64,000 nt of DNA from Octopus vulgaris (taxonomy: Eukaryota), in NCBI GenBank assembly GCA_951406725.2, contig OX597835.1, positions 24,986,001 through 25,050,000 on the forward strand. The letters run 5' to 3'. This document shows positions 13,232 through 26,982 of this stretch, piece after piece (position 1 is the stretch's first letter; each line of letters opens with the position of its first letter). The position numbers and the translations under genes are program-made. The notes beneath the pieces were generated by a model, which was not told the DNA's origin, ran no database searches, and saw only the letters and a program-made list of their open reading frames with translations.

Positions 13232-13630
13232 GTTCTTTTACATGTTTCAGTCATCTGACTGTGGCCATGCTGGAGCTTTGCTTTGCTTTGAAGAACTTTT
13301 TGCCATATGAATCGATCTCAGTCCTTGTTTTTGTGTGTGCGTTTTTTATTGGTCTCTTGCTGAACCTCTTAATCGCGAGGACAACGGTTTTCAAGGACAA
13401 TCTCAGATACAAAGACACGCACGCACACGCACACGCACAAACACACACACACACACACACACACACGACGGGCTTCTTTCAGTCTCCGTCTACCAAATCC
13501 AATCGCAAGGCTTGGTGGGCCCGAGGCTATAGTAGAAAACACTTCCCGAAGGTGTCACGCAGTGAGACTGAACCCAGAACCCTGTGGTTGGGAACCAATC
13601 TTCTTACTACACAGCAACACTGCGCTGCCT
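13232..13630 (-). mobile_element. SINE family A, diverged full-length copy
   Basis: Same module order as 33674-34096, reversed; accounts for the 198-aa ORF at 13261. Confidence 0.8.
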
Positions 13631-13919
13631 ATTCTGTAAAAGAAAGCAAAAAGAAAGGAAAAAAAAGTCATTTATATTTCTTTGTAGTGCATGTATTTAC
13701 TATGCGATTAGTAAGAAGAGCTACCCCCTTGTCCAACCGTATATTAAAACCGGTGAAAATGTTTCGGGAAAAAAGCACAACGGAGCAGCAAGAAATACAA
13801 AATGAAATAGCGAACACAAGTATACGGCATCAGTTTTACGCTGTGAAGAAGAAATAAATTTGAATTCAAAGTTTCAGACAGTAGTCCTTCGCTGGAAGAG
13901 GAGGACCGAACGAATACTC

Positions 13920-14385
13920 ATTTCTACTATGGGGACAAGGTCTGAAATTTTGTAGGGAGCGAGGGATAGTCGATTACACTGACCCCCAACCCATTACTCA
14001 GCTGTTTCTTTCTTATTTCATCGAATCTGAAAGGATGAAAGACCAAAATCGATATCGGCAGTATTTGAACTCAGAACGTTCAAATACTGGTGTCCTCCAG
14101 TCTGGTTCTTTTTAATATATGCACAAGGCCTAAAATGTGGGGCAAGGAATTTATCGAAGCATGTAGTTTGACTGAGGCAAACCGCTAAGTTACAGGGACG
14201 TAAACACATCAGTTGTCAAATGATGCTGAGGGACACACACACATACACACACACACACAGATATATATACGACGGCCTTTTGCGTCTACCAAATCCACTA
14301 ACAAGGCTTTGGTCGGCCCGAGGCCATAACAGGTGTCACGCAGTGGGACTGATCACGTAACCACACAGCCATTCCTGCGCCTATG
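13920..14385 (-). mobile_element. Adjacent partial SINE family B (13920-14080) and family A (14160-14385) copies
   Basis: gtcgattacactgacccc...aaggatgaaa...tttgaactcagaacg, then ccgctaagttacagggacgtaaac...ggtcggcccgaggcc...cctgcgcc. Confidence 0.65.
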
Positions 14386-14386
14386 T

Positions 14387-14443
<57 letters not shown>

Positions 14444-14445
<2 letters not shown>

Positions 14446-14524
14446 ATTAAATAAAGACAACAAACAGAAAATTGGACACACACATATACACGATTAAATA
14501 AAAAAAGACAACAAACGGAAAATT

Positions 14525-14569
<45 letters not shown>

Positions 14570-14637
14570 CATGATTAAATAAAAAACACAACAAACGGAG
14601 AATTGCATATATGTATACATATATATATGTATGTGTG

Positions 14638-14722
<85 letters not shown>

Positions 14723-14788
14723 ATATATATATATATGTATGTATATATATATATACGACTAAATCAAAAGACAACAAACTAAATATAT

Positions 14789-14842
<54 letters not shown>

Positions 14843-14935
14843 GATTAAATAAAAAGAACAAACCGTAAATTGGACATATATATATATATATATACACACA
14901 CGACTAAATAAAAAAGACAACAAACGGAAAATTGA
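14444..14935. repeat. Array of six roughly 38-bp repeats (cgattaaataaaaaagacaacaaacggaaaattggaca) separated by variable (TA)n/(CA)n spacers
   Basis: Copies start at about 14444, 14491, 14572, 14756, 14842 and 14901; a degenerate remnant lies near 14970. Confidence 0.85.
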
Positions 14936-14990
14936 ATATATATATATATATAATTTTTTTTTAAATGTGTAGTAAATAAACAAACGAACG

Positions 14991-15052
<62 letters not shown>

Positions 15053-17224
15053 CTACACACACAGGCGAACAGAAAACACTGAAGGTCACCAACTCCTGAG
15101 TTACCGGCCAGAGGTTGGAATGCAATTTCAGCAAGATGGATGGATGGGTGAGTGGGTGGGTAAAATGGTACGGTTACTCTGTACCTAGGGGGAGAGAAAT
15201 CAACGAGATAGTCACAGCAGTGAAGACTATGATCGTCAGTTTGCTGGATCGAGGCTGACCCGAGGAGGAATAAGAAGAATAGCGATTTCAATTTGCGCCA
15301 CCTTCTTTCCATCCCTTGTGTGTATGTGCATATGTGAATGTATATGAGTGTATGTATGCTTATCTATATCAAAGTATGTGTACGGGTGTTAGACAGAAAG
15401 ATAGAGGGGCGACGGGATGAGGGAAGGAAGGACGATGAAGAAAGCCATATTTTAAAGACTGCCAGGAATTGGTAACATGCTTCATCAGCAAAAATTAACA
15501 AATAAAATGAAGGAAAAAAAAAGGGAAAAGAAATACATAGAATCTAAGATGTTCCCCCCCACCCCTCCAGTTCATTCTTTCCTCCCCTTCTTTCTCGGGA
15601 ATAACGAAATAAACGAAGAAGAAAAAAAGGGCAGGAGGGGAAGATAGAGCTAGAGAAGTAATGGTGGTATGAGGTGAAGGAAAACGGATGTTATTAAAAT
15701 GTGGACGTACAAAGGAATGAAGGGAACTTAGGCACAGTGTGTGTGTGTTTCTGTGTGTGAGTATGTATGTACGAATGCATGTATGTATATGTATAAGATC
15801 CTGTCTGTGTGCATCTATGTATCTATGCGCATACCTACATATATGCGTGTGTGTGAGTATATATATATATGTGTGTGTGTATGTGTGTATATATATATAT
15901 ATATGTATATATATATGCGTGTGTGTGTGTATATATATGTATATGCGTGTGTGTATATATATATGTGTATATATATATATAAGTATATATGTATATGCGT
16001 GTGTGTATATATATATGTGTATATATATATAAGTATATATATATATATATATATATACATTAACGCTGACATACGCACACATGTGTGCATATATATGTAT
16101 GTGTGAGTTGAAGACAGAGCTGGAAGATGTGTGCGTGCTTGCGTATAAACTAAAAAAAATGGGGGGGGGGGCAATTGGAGATGGCGGAAGTCTGTGTGTG
16201 TGTATGTGTAAGCTGGAAGAGAGGACGCGATTGTGTTTAAGCTTCTGTGCGTCTGTCTGTATGTTGACGTTAGTGTGAAGAATGGCGGAATGGGAGCAAA
16301 ATAGCCTAAAAGAATTGATTGAATGTCATAAAACATCAGTTTATCTACGTTTTTTGTTCATTTTCTTTTACTTTTTTACCGTTGTGTTCGTGTTTTTTTG
16401 TTGTTGTCGTTCTTAGTTTTCATTCTTCTTGTCTCTACTTTGAAATGCGAGAACAGGCGTGGTCTGAGGTGAAGATGATGAAAGATGAGGTAGATGGAAC
16501 AAGTGAAAGAAGATGATGTGGGGAGGTGGAGAATACACAAAAGAGATCCACCTTCCATTTTCTTTCTATACAAATAACACTTCCTTCCCTTGAAATGATT
16601 TTCTTTTCTTTTGTTTTCTTTTCGAAACATCTATCCTTTCTTGTCTCTCTCTCTTCCTTCCATCTATCCACAGTGATTGTGCATACAACACATACGATGC
16701 ATTAAAAACCACATACAACAAACAGTCATACAGATACACACGTATATATATATATATATATAAATATATAACACATGAGGTAGACTATTACAGACACATA
16801 CGTTTTTGTGTGTGACGTACACAAGTGTTACAAATGTTTTGTGTATGTGTCTGTAGATGTATAAAAAATGTAAAACCAGGAAAAAAAACTCGAAAGTCAG
16901 TCGCAGTTTGTGAAGCTAGAGAGAGAGGGGGGCAGACAGACAGACAGACAGAGAAATGAGTATGTTGCATATGTGTAATTTTTTGTAAATTCTGTAATAC
17001 TTTATCCTTTTTACATGTGTGTGCATGTATACTTTTGAACCTAATATAGCTTTATGTGCGCTTCGGGATTAACTGTTCCAAAAAAAAAAAAAAAAAAAGA
17101 ATTATTTATTTCACGAACTCTTGAAATTTATATAAGTGGAAAATTTTTTTTTTATGACATAAGCAAACATACAATACTTGCCGGTATGAATAAAGTTTTT
17201 AAAATGGATAAGCAAATGCGAAGG

Positions 17225-17296
17225 ATTGCTTTTGGTCTAACGGTAGAAGGCCTGTCATATCTACTAGAAGGTCTGGGTTCGTGTCCCATAAGTAGC
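17225..17296 (+). other. tRNA-like relic (A box, B box, T arm)
   Basis: TGGTCTAACGG A-box-like; TGGG-TTCGTGT-CCCA T arm; TTGCTT/AAGTAG acceptor-like pairing; no valid anticodon arm. Confidence 0.3.
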
Positions 17297-17670
17297 TTCC
17301 ACTTTTTTTCTATCCAAAGGAATTTTTCAACCCGATATTTATCATTTATAGGTTTATGTGTTTCGAAAAAAGAATAGTACATTCACACACACACACATGT
17401 GTGTTTGTATGCGTTTGTGTACATGAAACTGAAGGCCACTGTCTATTTTTAAGAATAACTTTATATGAACAAAAGTTATTTCCTACAAAATATTCTTCTG
17501 AATGTACAATAATGTAGGGATGTAAAATTGTAGACGACAGTTTTGTACCAAGATAGCCGAAATTTTGCGTCGGAAAACATCTTGACAACGAGGTCATAGC
17601 CGGTGCTAAATTAATAATTTTCTCTAGTATAGGTGCAAAGCCTGACACTTAGGAGAGAACCATTTGATTA

Positions 17671-17709
<39 letters not shown>

Positions 17710-17712
17710 GCG

Positions 17713-17805
<93 letters not shown>

Positions 17806-17827
17806 GCATTTATATATGTGCATAAAT

Positions 17828-17861
<34 letters not shown>

Positions 17862-17955
17862 GTGTGTATATATATATATGTGTATGTATATATACGAATG
17901 TGTGCATATATACATATATATGAAAGTGTGCCCCAGCATATATATATATATATAC

Positions 17956-17997
<42 letters not shown>

Positions 17998-18635
17998 TCA
18001 CACATGTGTGTGAGTGTGTATGTATATATATATATGGGACCTATCCTTACACACCTACATTTTTACATGTGGCTTTAATTAAAACAAGACTCCGGGACTA
18101 ACGTCTCTCTTCTCGACCTCCATGAGCACCACTGCCACCACCACCACCACCACCACCACCACTATCATCACTACCGCTACCACGACACAAGCACATCCTA
18201 CTCCTTTACCTCTCTGGACGTTGGCTTGTTCAAATACATAGAGAGCGTCGCGGCTGCGGGTGGGGAGCGAGCTTCTGGGTCTCGTATGAGTGTTAAAACT
18301 TTATATATATATGTGCCCCCTTCTTTCCTTTACCTTTCTCGACCCACATCGACTGGCACCAACGGAGATTAACTTCGTAAACCCTCGCCTGTTTTTAGTA
18401 TTCTTTTTCTATTCAGAATTTGGCGATGTGACCTCTCTTTTACCGTCGACCTCCTCAGTTATCTGAAGGGTAAATAAACCCCTTAAGAAATTTGGAGTCT
18501 AGGATACCTCATCTCTCCACCCACCTCTCTCTCTCTCTTCCTAAAGATGTGTGAATGCATGTGTATGTGTATGCGTATGTGTTTGAACGTGCGTGTGTGC
18601 ACATAATGTACATATATATATATATATATATATAT

Positions 18636-18672
<37 letters not shown>

Positions 18673-18801
18673 TAAATATACACGCATAAATATATACATT
18701 ATATATACACACATGTGTGTATATGTATATCTACGCACATACATATGAGTGTGTGTTTGTGTGTTTGCGTATACATAATGTATGTATATAAACGCATATA
18801 C

Positions 18802-18836
<35 letters not shown>

Positions 18837-19047
18837 TGTGTGTGTGTGTGTGTATCTGTCTATGTATGAATATATAAGTATACATCCCTATGCGTGTGTC
18901 ACCAGAATGTACGTTTATAAACGTTAGCAAGAGAATCAATCAATCGTCAACTTTGAACGAAAAAACAAAATATACCAACTTGTCCAGTTAGGTCCCAAGT
19001 GAGTATATATGACCTGCCAGAAAGGTCGTGTTTATATGCCTTCTTAC

Positions 19048-19087
<40 letters not shown>

Positions 19088-19098
19088 GAGTGGTTGTA

Positions 19099-19605
<507 letters not shown>

Positions 19606-19690
19606 ACACACACACACACTCATAAGCCATTCGATGTTTGTTGTCTACACCACCTGTCTTCGTCTTTTGTATTTTTTTTTTTTGAATTTT

Positions 19691-19729
<39 letters not shown>

Positions 19730-20061
19730 GCATGTATGCGATATCTGGACAAATTTCTTCGAGGGGTTCTAAATAAGCCACCTTATACCTGGGTTACGTC
19801 TCAGTTGCCCTACTTCAATGGGCCCTGATACCACAACACAAAAACTGGCTCAAGAATCACCCTCTTTCTCGCCTCTTCCCCTATGTATATGTGAGCAACC
19901 ACGCAAATCTCAAGCATTTTTTTTATCTATTGGCCCCTTTCTATTCTGGTGTCCCCCCCACCACCACCACCATACACACACTCATAGCCATTCGATGTTT
20001 AAAAACTAGTTTTATAGACGCTTCTTTGAAAGTTCCTATTTTGTGTTTTTCACACATTCCC

Positions 20062-20243
20062 TTTACTCTTTACTCTTTTACTTGTTTCAGTCATTTGACT
20101 GCGGCCATGCTGGAGCACCGCCTTTAATCGAGCAACTCAACCCCGGGACTTATTCTTTGTAAGCCCAGTACTTATTCTATCGGTCTCTTTTGTCGAACCG
20201 CTAAGTAACGGGGACATTGTTAAGCAATGCTATGGGGACAAAT

Positions 20244-20274
<31 letters not shown>

Positions 20275-20437
20275 CGATGGGCTTCTTTCAGTTTCCGTCT
20301 ACCAAATCCACTCACAAGGCTGTGGTTGGCCCGAGGCTATAGTAGAAGACGCTTGCCCAAGGTGCCACGCAGTGGGACTGAACCCGGAACCATGTTGTTG
20401 GCAAACAAGTTACTTACCACACAGCCACTCCTACGCC
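20062..20437 (-). mobile_element. SINE family A
   Basis: Reverse complement of 33674-34096 with high identity. Confidence 0.88.
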
Positions 20438-20844
20438 CTTGTGTAGATTGAACTATGTAAAATGTTACAGAAAGAAACCCAGCTGTTTCTTCTGATACAT
20501 ACCAAGGATCCACCAAGGATCTTTTCAATCTCAGTCACAGATTTTTTAATTAATTTTTTTTTTTAACTAAACAGTTAGAAACTACGGATACTGGTTCAAT
20601 GTGTCATGTAGAGCACGGTTTACTCTTAACGTTTTGGACAAAATTTTGTATTTTAGAACCATACGAATACATGTAAAGCAAAATTTTTTCATGGACCCTT
20701 AAATTGCTGCTGTGAGTACCCAATTTACTATTTAACTTACGTGGGCTACACTAGCATGACGAGCACGAGGACACCACGGAATGACCATCACTAACGAGTA
20801 AGAAGTACAAGGACGGGTTACATGAACTGTGAGAGTGAGAGCCA

Positions 20845-21061
20845 TACTCTCTTTTACTATCTTTTACTTGTTTCGGTCATTTGACTGCGGCCATGCTAGA
20901 GCACCGCCTTTAGTCGAGCAAATCGACCCCGGGACTTATTCTTTTTGTAAGCCCAGTACTTATTCTATCGGTCTCTTTTGCCGAACCGCTAAGTGACGGG
21001 GACGTAAACACACCAGCATCGGTTGTCAAGCAATGCTAGGGGGACAAACACAGACACGCAA

Positions 21062-21094
<33 letters not shown>

Positions 21095-21256
21095 CATATA
21101 TACGACAGGCTTCTTTCAGTTTCCGTCTACCAAATCCACTCACAAGGCTTTGGTCGGCCCGGGGCTATAGCGGAAGACACTTGCCCAAGATGCCACGCAG
21201 TGGGACTGAACCCGGAACCATGTGGTTGGTTAGCAAGCTACTTACCACACAGCCAC
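20845..21256 (-). mobile_element. SINE family A, young copy
   Basis: Nearly identical in reverse to 33674-34096 and 40308-40687. Confidence 0.9.
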
Positions 21257-21544
21257 CGAATAAAAAAAATGTGTTTGAAAAGAATACATACACACAAAAT
21301 GTTAAAATTATTTCTAATTGAGTCAGAAAGCCATAAATTTGATATTAGTCGCAATATAATTTTAATAATATATTTTTTCCCTTCCCATTTCACACGATTG
21401 TATACATATTTCTCCCCCATTGTTTGGGGGAGAAGTGGTTCGCACGCACGCATCTATCTATTTTTTTGCCCATGTATATTCGTGTGTGCGTGAGCTTCAA
21501 CCCAAACAGGTCTTCCCCCAATGTGTGTATGTATGCCTCTCTAT

Positions 21545-21622
<78 letters not shown>

Positions 21623-21624
21623 GA

Positions 21625-22200
21625 AATTTATATAAAAACAAAAGACGAAGACAGGTGTATGAACAAGCAAGTGTATTAGTTTGACGCTCGGGAAAACTGA
21701 AAAAGTCTTACGGTTTCGAGTCAACACTCTTCAAGGATCTTTTCGGTTTGACCGGCAGTTTTTAAAAATAATTTCCACGTAAATTAAACACTTTTAAACA
21801 TCGTATACTGGTAGAATGTGTTTATAAAACATCTTTTTTCTCTTGGCTTTATTGAGAAAATTCTATAGTTTGTAAAATGTTTGTTGTTTTTTTTTCTGCA
21901 ATTTCAACCAATCAATGACGTCTATTGAGGTGAAAACATTCTGTGCCGTATGAATATGTCCCTCGTTTAAGAAACAGATTGGGTTTATTTACATTTCTCA
22001 AGAAAAAAAGATACCCATCCACCCATCCCTAACCATAACCCTAAAACAGATTGAAATGCAAATAGATCGATACTAGGGTCATAATTATGGGTGACAATTT
22101 CATATGACACCGCTAGAAAAAACTGCCGTTCAAACCGAAAAGATCCCTCTTCAACAGAAAGGAATAAGAGGAAATAAACAGAGAGAGAATGAATAAAAAC
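21625..22200 (-). mobile_element. Family 2 hammerhead-like repeat interrupted by a MITE
   Basis: Homologous to 3575-3710; removing the MITE and one TSD restores CTTT-CTGTTGA-A-GAGT-GTTG-ACTC-GAAA-CCG-TA-AG on minus. Confidence 0.65.
21735..22146. mobile_element. MITE with GGATCTTTTCGGTTTG TIR and perfect 8-bp TSD, copy 2
   Basis: TSD CTCTTCAA at 21727-21734 and 22147-22154; the 8-bp TSD with GG termini suggests Merlin or hAT (unresolved). Confidence 0.92.
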
Positions 22201-22671
22201 GTGTAGAGCCCAGCGGTCCAGCAAGGCGAATGATTGGGATAAAAAGGGGTTGACAGAAAGGGAGATAACAATAGCGCTAGTGATCACAAGAGAAAGTGCG
22301 CGTGTGTGGTAGCTGTTGCACTTAAAAGAGAACTGGGTTATATATATTTTATTTACATTCGGTTCTTATTCTTAAATCTATATTTCTCCCAGCCACTCGT
22401 TTTTATTTACCTCCGAGGATTACAAATGATTGGAAACATCAGCTAAATCCCCCTCATCTCCCCTACTCCTCGTCGTCTTAGGAATAGACACATTTCCTTG
22501 TATTCCTTGGTTCACTGCTCAGAAGGAAGAGAGGCGGGATGGTTACGGCTGGAATGCTTTTGATTATTGATAGGTTTGCTCGATCAAAGTTAACTACACA
22601 AGCGTAATCTTTCTTTATAAACAAAACCCGATTATTGACAAGTTCAGCAGTTTCATACCGTACAGCAGGGG

Positions 22672-22816
<145 letters not shown>

Positions 22817-22823
22817 TATATAA

Positions 22824-22906
<83 letters not shown>

Positions 22907-22931
22907 CACATCTATATATATATACACATAA

Positions 22932-22964
<33 letters not shown>

Positions 22965-23150
22965 CACATATATATATATATATATATATAGGGCTCGGAG
23001 AAGAGTTAGCTCTAAGAAATGTGTCACACAATAGCCCCACCTATGTATGGGCATGCTCTGGTGTCATGTGAATCAGTTCCCTTCACCTTCCTCACAGCTT
23101 AACGGTTAAATAGCCCCTGTGCTTCAAATGTAAGCTAGGAGTAAGTAGAA

Positions 23151-23454
23151 CAGGGGTCGGGGTACTTTTTTTTAACCAAATACCCCAAAATATATTTATT
23201 TTCGTCGGTGTTACTCCCTTGATTTGAAAAGAAGAAAATTATAGATTCTTTGAATTCAAAAGATTATATTGAATCTATTTACGCGTCCATTACATTGGAC
23301 AGATGTAGTGTTGCCAGAAGAAGAATTTCTGTCATAACAAGGAACACTTTTTTTTTTTTATATAATTCTACTTATGTCTAATGAATCTTCATTACCCCCA
23401 AGAATTTCATTTTTACTCCACTTAGGGTAATTTACCCCCGTTCGCCGACCCCTG
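23151..23454. mobile_element. hAT-like MITE
   Basis: TIR CAGGGGTCGG / CCGACCCCTG; flanks aagtagaa/aaatagag (6/8, central TA). Confidence 0.8.
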
Positions 23455-23504
23455 AAATAGAGTAATTAAATAAAGTAAAATAAACAAACAGAAGGCAGCG
23501 AGAA

Positions 23505-23867
23505 ACCACTAGTTGATCCGATCAACGAAACAGCCTGCTCGTAAAATTAACGTGCAAGTGGCTGAGCACTCCACAGAAACCTGTACCCTTGACGTAGTTC
23601 TCAGGGAGATTCAGCGTGACAAAGAGTGTGATAAGGGTGGCTCTTTGAAATACAGATACAATAGAAACAGGAAGAAAGAGTGAGAGAAAGTTGTGATGAA
23701 AGAGTACAGCAGGGTTCGCCACCACCCCCTGCCGAAGCCTCGTGGAGCTTTAGGTGTTTTCGCTCAATAAACACTTACAACACCCGATCACAACACCCGA
23801 TCTGGGAATCGAAACCGCGATCCTACGACTGCGAGTCCGCAGCCCTAACCACTGGGTCATTGCGCCC
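23505..23867 (-). mobile_element. tRNA-headed SINE, body C with tail X
   Basis: Minus head ggcgcaatgacccagtggttagggc...ggtttcgattccc; body shared with 60040-60210; tail shared with 600-770. Confidence 0.8.
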
Positions 23868-24239
23868 CCCCCCCCCAACACACACAGATATGATAGTTTG
23901 TGTGGTGTGTGAAGGAAGGTGTATCTACTCCGAGAATGCCTGAAATTCCAACCGTTGTGGTGGCCATTGTTTGACTGTCTGTCACAAGACAAGTCAACTA
24001 ACCCCGACCCTAGCCAGTCCTCCACAAACTGTCAGCTGCTTCGAGAAGCCATCGTCTTTGTCTCGCCTGTGACGTTGCCATCGTCGTCGTTGTCGTTATT
24101 ATCATTATCGCCGTGGTGATCGTCGTTGTCGAGGCTGTCCTCTTCATCATCGCCGTTGTCGATGTCTTCCGTTATCACTATCCATCTTAATCGTCGTCGT
24201 TTCTCCCAAGGCGATAAGCGGAAGAAAGAATGTATAAGT

Positions 24240-24457
24240 TCACAAGCTCTGTAGACCACGCCTTCGCTTAAATCGAGTCGATTCTCCTCTGCGTTGTCCC
24301 AACCCGGATATGATGGCGAATCTTTTCGTCTTTTCTTTCAAATATTTCTTGGGTTTAATGGATGAAGGTTTGTCAACACCCACGACCTTCTGAGTCAGAG
24401 AAAGCAGGACGGGCAGGACTGTGTGGGTGACCGTCTTGTCTTCGAGAACCTCTGAAA
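24240..24457 (-). CDS. Weak candidate terminal coding exon, unknown product (SEVLEDKTVTHTVLPVLL...KTKRFAIISGLGQRRGESTRFKRRRGLQSL*)
   Basis: Unique balanced-composition island; pyrimidine tract ctcctctctcctctcgccccgtcag| upstream on minus; 71 open codons to TGA; no recognisable domain and no partner exon identified. Confidence 0.22.
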
Positions 24458-24716
24458 CTGACGGGGCGAGAGGAGAGAGGAGCGATCCTTACATAGAGGG
24501 CAGCCGATTAGCTGGGGGTTTTGGCAATGAAAAACACTGTAAAAATTGTAGGGGATGCAAGCGCACCCCCTACAACCCCTGTTCCCGAGCCTATTCGCTG
24601 GCGAAAGTAACAAGGGAGCGTCTGTGCAACCCATCGGATTTCCTGCCGACTAACATACATCACATACACAGCGCACACATAGATATGTATACGTACATTA
24701 TGTACACATTTCTGGA

Positions 24717-24755
24717 GTGCTGATGAAACCTACTGAGGTAGAAACACGTGCTCAC
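24717..24755 (+). ncRNA. Hammerhead-like motif with mutated cleavage site
   Basis: GTG-CTGATGA-AACCT-ACTG-AGGTA-GAAA-CACGTG-CT-CAC; U16.1 is replaced by C. Confidence 0.55.
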
Positions 24756-24959
24756 AACCGTCTCTTTACTTTCTTTTTTCAAACAGACTACCTTTTCGTT
24801 AATTGCATGTCAATTCTGAAGAATTCTTGAAATTATCTTCCTTCCTCAATCTGTGTTTGTCCCAGCTGCCACCAGATGATTGATTTACCTTCCCTGGGGG
24901 CGAAGAGAATTTCAATAAATCACGATTTTATCTTGTACAGTATTTAATATATCTTTACT

Positions 24960-25051
<92 letters not shown>

Positions 25052-25555
25052 TATTTTATTTTTTACTTGTTTCAGTCATATGATTGCGGCCATGCTGGAG
25101 CACCGCCTTTAGTCGAGAAAATTGACCCTACGACTTATTCTTTGTAAGCTTAGTACTTACTCTATCAGTCTGTATTTCCAGTTGCTTCAGATGCCGAAAT
25201 ATGAAAAATTGTTAAAGTGTAGTACAACGGTTTTGCTATGGAATGGTGAAAGTTTTTTTTTTTTTTTTAGTTTTCTGAAAAGCAACGTTTTGGACTTACG
25301 ACACTATTGCATAATAGCAGCGACTTAATCTCGCGATCTCACGTTGCTCTGCGATCGCTTCGACATTTGGACGTGTAGTCCACCGCGCACCTTATTCAGG
25401 CAATGTCTGATTTCATGGAGGGTGTGAGCTAACGTGCGGCACGAACATTTGATCCCTATAAACAAATCACTCGGTGCAGGTTGTTCAGTAAGAAACCGCA
25501 GAGCCGTGTTTCTCAGACTTAAGAGCCCAACGATAATGTGTGTGTGTGTCTTTCT

Positions 25556-25613
<58 letters not shown>

Positions 25614-26419
25614 GCATGTGCCACAGACATTTTTTTTCTTTTACTCAAGATATAATATAGTAGCAAGTTCTTGTGGCAGTCGTTTCTTTCCGCTCTCATA
25701 AATCAAAAACACTTTTTTCCCCTTCGTTTTATTTATTCATTTATTTACTCTAATGGTATTGGCCATGGCGATGATGATGATGATGATGATGATGATGACG
25801 ATGGCGAAGTAGTGATGATGATGAAAATGGTGGTGTCAGTGGTGGCAGCGGTCTGAAGCATAAATCGTGGGGTTAGGTGTCAACGCGTGAAAATCTGAAA
25901 AATTCATTACAACATAACGTATATGATTTATTTTCGCTGCTGCTAAAATGTTTTCATTTCGTTTTGCTTATTGCAATACACTCCTGCTATAATTTATTCG
26001 ACACATAACTAAACATGTGCGTACGTGAGTGTATATAATAATATACAATAATATACTGTATATATTGTATATATTATATAGACAAGCACTATAAATAACT
26101 AACGATGTAAAACACCATTGAAATGATAATAAAAATAATAATCACGAGCAGAATAATAACAATTAAAAAATAAATGTAAACTGAAGATAAAATTTGTTTG
26201 AGTGCAAAGAAGAAAAGTCTTTTGAAGTCGTCTTTGAATTTCGTTTGCGTGTATCATTAGAGTTACGTCGTAGAGGAGATTTTCCATAAATTGTTTTCAA
26301 AAGAGAAACATTCGAAAACATGTATGTATGATTGAAGTTTGGTGGATAAGTGCAGGTAAAGACCTACACGGTTGCTCCAAATTGCTTAGCTTCATTGTTG
26401 CCGACGGTTTCTAGCAGAG

Positions 26420-26896
26420 TAGTGCTTCTCAAACTATCTGATGTGGCGTACCGGTAGATTTTTTTTCTCAATGTATCAGGGACCGGTAATATTTCTTAGT
26501 AATATTAATTTATACCGGAAACAATCACGAAGTTTTGTCAGTGAACAGGTTGCGGTCTCAAAGCAACGAAAATATTTTGACAAATTAAATTTGAATGTTG
26601 AAGTGAATCTAACGGTTTTGTGTGTTTCTTAAATGGCTTATAAACACCTTCCACGCTGCAATTGTTTTCGTTCAAGCACACGATCTCAGATCAAGTCACT
26701 TGCTATGCAAGTACATCTCCGTAGTATAATAACAGTTGACAATTTTTTTGTCTTATGTTTATTTTGTAAACAAATAATACAATATTACATAAGCATTTTA
26801 TAATGTTCCTTTGTTTTCTGGAAACTCGCCGCGGACAGGCAGCTGATGTCTCGTGGATCAGCACCGGTCCGTGGACCTCCACTTTGGGTAGCACTA
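26420..26896. mobile_element. hAT-like MITE
   Basis: TIR TAGTGCTTCTCAAA / TTTGGGTAGCACTA; 8-bp TSD tagcagag/tagtagag (7/8). Confidence 0.85.
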
Positions 26897-26982
26897 TAGT
26901 AGAGGATGCATGTTCTTAACGCCTTGCCTGTCCTGTTTGTCACGTGATAGACAGGACATTTTTACCTGGGTCTATGCATCAA

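Noticed and set aside
13261-13857. 198-aa ORF
   Set aside because: It is mostly the antisense of a SINE family A copy plus (CA)n.
13865-13897. Minus-strand hammerhead-like relic (GGAC-TACT-GTCT-GAAA)
   Set aside because: The core is too degenerate and stem III is not palindromic, so it cannot be distinguished from chance.
14444-14935. CRISPR array
   Set aside because: Spacers are microsatellites of very unequal length, repeats are degenerate, there are no cas genes, and the context is eukaryotic.
18417-18475. Short plus-strand exon candidate after ttctttttctattcag
   Set aside because: The donor (gtaaat) is weak, only one short frame is open, and no homology was recognised.
24032-24259. Asp-rich 75-aa ORF
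   Set aside because: It has a GTG start and derives from degenerate (GAC/GAT)n; more likely UTR-like or intergenic.
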